Assembly (NCBI GenBank): GCA_043827025.1
Contig: JBDRPL010000010.1
Coordinates: forward strand, 1-64,000
From: Candidatus Micrarchaeota archaeon
Lineage (GTDB): Archaea > Micrarchaeota > Micrarchaeia > Anstonellales > Bilamarchaeaceae
Direction: 5' to 3'
Length of the DNA stretch: 64,000 nt
The position numbers were made by a program, and so were the translations under genes. How positions within the stretch are numbered: position 1 is the stretch's first letter; the number at the start of each line of letters is the position of its first letter. The notes under the pieces are model-generated. The model saw only the letters and a program-made list of their open reading frames with translations. It made no database searches and was not told where the DNA came from. Below are positions 60,476-64,000 of this stretch, piece by piece.

Positions 60476-63400
60476 AATCTTTACACTTAAGAAATACCGG
60501 AAATTCACATGGAAGACACTCAACTAGAGGAGTAATAAAATCCACATTGGTAGCAGCAGGAGGAAGCCTAATCGGATTAAGTGCAGTTTCTGTCCTTTCT
60601 GGTTGTCTTGATACGTTGAAGCCTTCAGGCACTTTCATTGAAAATCAAATTCTTTGCGGAGTTACACCTGATGGAAAATCCGCTTATCTCATGGATGGCG
60701 GAAAAATTATCGAGGAAACTCGTAAAGATAAGGAATGCAAGGGCATTGAGGCAGTGTCAATTCCTTATTGTGAGGATGGCGAAGTTAAAACAAGGGAAGA
60801 AAGTTGCAAGGATCAGGGAAAAAGATGTAACAATACTACCAAAGAATGCGGTGATGCAGAGGTAGTGTGTACTGATTCCAATGGCAGCGTCCTAAGGACT
60901 CTTGGAGACGAAGTTTTGGAAAGCAAGCCAAAGAAAGAATGCGCCCCTGATGGAAGCGCAGTCATAGATAGGCGCTGTGGGGATGACAAACAAATAGCTG
61001 AAACACAAACTTCATGTGTTGAGGGTGAACTTTGCGATCCAGGCCCTTTTGCATGCAAGGAAATCCAATTATGCGAGGTTTCGCCTGATGGAAGTATAAG
61101 CGTGACAAAAGGCATTAATGTAACTACTGTTGTGCCTGAATGCGACCTGAACGGTACGTCTTATTCGAGACCACGTTGCGATGGAGATAGGCTGGTTCCA
61201 GAAAATATCAATTGTCCTGAGACGCATGCGTGTACGCCAGGACCTTTAGATTCATTGAATCCAAGATGTGACATTCCTGTTGACAAGTGCAACACTCGGC
61301 CAGATGGTTCTGTTGTCCAGATCTCTGGAGGCCAGGTGGTTGCAACTGAAATCAAAAGATGCGTAGATGATTCAGTAGTAACTCCAAGGTGCGACGGAAA
61401 TCAAATTGCCCGCGATACTGAAGTCTGCGATGAAGGCAATCATTGCGAGGAAGTAAGCGTTACATGCCAGGTAAATCTTAATTGCGAGTCTCTTGGAGGC
61501 GGAAGGATTCGTGTAACAAACGGAACAAATGTACGTGAAGACAGTCCTGTTTGCCGTGAGGGTAGAAGATCAAGAACAGTTCCGGCATGCAATGGCCAGG
61601 TTCCGCAAGATCCTGTTCCTGTTGAAAACTGCCCAGTAACCCATGATTGCGATGAGTTGGAAGGTACGTGCAGTGTTCCTGTTGTTTTGTGCAGTGTTCG
61701 TGGAAATGTTGGTACTGTTACTGTTGCAGGAGAAGTTCAGGAGGATAAGACTAGACAAAAAAGATGCAGTGATGATGGAAATTCTGTTTTGATTCCTTAT
61801 TGTTCAAGTTCAAATAGTTTGGATGTTGAAGAAAGAGAAACTCAATGTAGTGCAGGAACTCAATGCGATGCTGGTACTTTGGCATGTGAAACTATACGCG
61901 CATGCCAGCCCTTGCCTAATGGGGTAGGGATAAGAGTAACCGAAGGCACAAATATCAGTGACATTGGCCCAGACTGCAGTGATGATTTAAAATCCCGTAC
62001 TGCTCCTGTGTGCGACGGGGATGTTGCCCAGGTTCCTGTTCCTACAGTAGACTGCCCAGTAACCCATGATTGCGATGAGTTGGAAGGTACGTGCAGTGTT
62101 CCTGTTGTTTTATGCACTGAGAGGCCAGATGGTTCCGTTGTCCAGACCGAGGCAGGAAATCCCATTAAAACAGAATCAAAAAAATGTGATCATAATTCAG
62201 TGGTAACTCCGAGATGCGACGGAAATCAGATAATGCTTGATACACAACCTTGTCTTGATCATTTTGCATGCGATGCTGGAACAGTTTCATGCAAGCCGTT
62301 AACTGAGTGCGTAGTTGATGGTGGAACTGTTAGGCTTTTAGAAGGAGGCCAGGAAATACGTTCGGAAACAAGTGGTTGTGATGGAAATACTGTCGTGACT
62401 GCAAGCTGTGCAGGAAACCAGATAAATTTAGCTCGTCAGGACTGCGTTGCACCTAATTTTGAATGTAATGCAATTGCATTGGGTTGCGATCCTGTCACTA
62501 GGTGTACTGCGTCAAATGGATCTGCACGTGTGACTAGAGGTGTGGAAACAATTGAAGAGCAACAAAGAAGGTGCAGCGAAAACCAGAGGTCTGTTTTGAA
62601 TTTCACATGTGATGGGAATCAGATAGTTAGTGATCAACAAAATTGTGATCCTGGATTTGCATGCGGGCTTCAGGGGGGAACAGTTGCTTGCTATCCTACC
62701 AGTGCAAGATGTTTTGAGGACAACGGCTCTGCAGTTCTGTTGGATGACGAAGGTCAGCCAGTTGAAGCGTCTAGAAGAACTCCAGAATGTGATATAGGTA
62801 CCAACGTATTGACAACCTTCAGATGCAATGCAGAAGGCCAGATCATTTCAAGTCCGCAGGCATGCGGGAATGCGCTGGATTTTGCATGCAATTCAATTAA
62901 CAGATCTTGCGACCCTCTTTCAAGATGTATTCTTGACAGGGGAGTTGGAAAATTCCTTGTAGGGGGAGTGGAGCAACCTGAACATACTCTTATAACGAAT
63001 TGTGATGGAAATGTCCTGCAGGTTCCATTATGCCAGGTGCAGGACCAGCCGCCAGTACTTGATGACACCGACTGTAGGGAAACAGGTATATGCAATGATC
63101 TAGCTGCGGTTTGTGATCCAAAAAATGACTGCAGAATAAATGCTGACGGGTCTGCACAGCTTTTTGTCGGTGGAGAACCAAATGGACAACCAGTTTCTGT
63201 TCAGTGTGAGGATAATATAATAAGAATCCCAATGTGCGTTGTTGATGATGCACAAAATTCTGCAAGTGTGACTGTGATTGACAGGGCGTGCGGTGTGAAT
63301 CATGAATGCAGTGTCGAGGAAAGGACATGTCTTCCTAAGCCAGGGTGTACGCCTGCTGGAAATGGCACTGTAGTCCTGACTCTTGGAGGTCAGTTTATAG

Positions 63401-64000
63401 GGATAGAATCTCCTGCATGCGAGGGCAACGATGTGCGTTCATTTAGCTGTAATATTGATGGAAGTTATGAAAGTTATTTAGAGTCCTGTGGTGATCCACT
63501 GGATTTCAGGTGCAGCAATGCCAGATGTGAACCTCTTACACGTTGTATTGAATCAAAGGATGGTGATGAGGTAGTACAGAGTGCAGTTCAGATGGTTGGT
63601 GGTGTTGCTCAGGATGCAACAAGAAAAGAAAGGCAGTGTGCAAATGCTACAAGTATCAGCGTGCCCCAATGCGAAGGAACAACACCTGTTCATGCAAGAG
63701 TGGATTGCGCTCAGCACAATGAGTGCGATGATGTGTCAAAACAATGCATTCCATTGACAGAATGTCGCGTGAATTATTCAGGAGGTGTGCCTGTCATGGC
63801 AGAGCAAACTCTGGGCGGTCAGCCGAACGGTGTTTATGAAGAAAGAAGGTGCTCGAACGGAGCTGTTTTGCTTGTTCCCAAGTGTACAAATGAGGCGCCA
63901 GATACGGATGCTGTTCAATGCGGTGCAGAACAACAGTGTTCTGTCAGAAACGAAATTGCAAATTGTTTTTCTGCAGATGCAATATGTGTTCAGGATGGCG
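60472..64000 (+). CDS. Giant cysteine-rich repeat lipoprotein (partial, >1176 aa, runs off the window; absent from ORF track)
   Basis: ATG 60472 overlaps the upstream TGA after a GAGGTGA SD; MKSLHL...VSVLSG|C45 lipobox; ~16 repeats of ~65-72 aa with 6 Cys each; no stop seen in frame to 64000. Confidence 0.9.
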   Translation, partial: MKSLHLRNTGNSHGRHSTRGVIKSTLVAAGGSLIGLSAVSVLSGCLDTLKPSGTFIENQILCGVTPDGKSAYLMDGGKIIEETRKDKECKGIEAVSIPYCEDGEVKTREESCKDQGKRCNNTTKECGDAEVVCTDSNGSVLRTLGDEVLESKPKKECAPDGSAVIDRRCGDDKQIAETQTSCVEGELCDPGPFACKEIQLCEVSPDGSISVTKGINVTTVVPECDLNGTSYSRPRCDGDRLVPENINCPETHACTPGPLDSLNPRCDIPVDKCNTRPDGSVVQISGGQVVATEIKRCVDDSVVTPRCDGNQIARDTEVCDEGNHCEEVSVTCQVNLNCESLGGGRIRVTNGTNVREDSPVCREGRRSRTVPACNGQVPQDPVPVENCPVTHDCDELEGTCSVPVVLCSVRGNVGTVTVAGEVQEDKTRQKRCSDDGNSVLIPYCSSSNSLDVEERETQCSAGTQCDAGTLACETIRACQPLPNGVGIRVTEGTNISDIGPDCSDDLKSRTAPVCDGDVAQVPVPTVDCPVTHDCDELEGTCSVPVVLCTERPDGSVVQTEAGNPIKTESKKCDHNSVVTPRCDGNQIMLDTQPCLDHFACDAGTVSCKPLTECVVDGGTVRLLEGGQEIRSETSGCDGNTVVTASCAGNQINLARQDCVAPNFECNAIALGCDPVTRCTASNGSARVTRGVETIEEQQRRCSENQRSVLNFTCDGNQIVSDQQNCDPGFACGLQGGTVACYPTSARCFEDNGSAVLLDDEGQPVEASRRTPECDIGTNVLTTFRCNAEGQIISSPQACGNALDFACNSINRSCDPLSRCILDRGVGKFLVGGVEQPEHTLITNCDGNVLQVPLCQVQDQPPVLDDTDCRETGICNDLAAVCDPKNDCRINADGSAQLFVGGEPNGQPVSVQCEDNIIRIPMCVVDDAQNSASVTVIDRACGVNHECSVEERTCLPKPGCTPAGNGTVVLTLGGQFIGIESPACEGNDVRSFSCNIDGSYESYLESCGDPLDFRCSNARCEPLTRCIESKDGDEVVQSAVQMVGGVAQDATRKERQCANATSISVPQCEGTTPVHARVDCAQHNECDDVSKQCIPLTECRVNYSGGVPVMAEQTLGGQPNGVYEERRCSNGAVLLVPKCTNEAPDTDAVQCGAEQQCSVRNEIANCFSADAICVQDG

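Noticed and set aside
60453..63328. Short ORFs listed in the track at the right end
   Set aside because: All are alternative-frame or antisense shadows of the giant ORF starting at 60472

Overview
Gene-dense archaeal chromosomal window of moderate GC content. The gene set is archaeal (MCM, archaeal LeuRS, Cdc48, KEOPS Bud32/Cgi121, S8e, CarS, Pop5, HARP, Rnl3, Trm1/Trm5/TrmI/TruD). The style suggests a DPANN archaeon, probably Micrarchaeota-like; this is an inference, not tested. Housekeeping genes are interspersed with: a type IV pilus/Tad-like locus (6.9-12.7 kb); six tandem paralogous VirB6/CedA-like membrane proteins, one with a VirB2-like pilin module (24.4-31.9 kb); a non-oxidative pentose phosphate operon; and, at the right end, a secreted protein with an apparent beta-barrel C-terminus coupled to a >1176-aa Cys-repeat lipoprotein missing from the ORF track. 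RNA genes read from the sequence are a tRNA-Leu(CAA) with two introns (37/38 and 59/60) and a short SRP RNA that appears to lack helix 6. Several non-coding cassettes of consecutive hairpins are flanked by direct repeats of 7, 11, 12 or 28 bp; one interrupts a barstar-like gene. All calls come from motif recognition by eye; no database searches were run.
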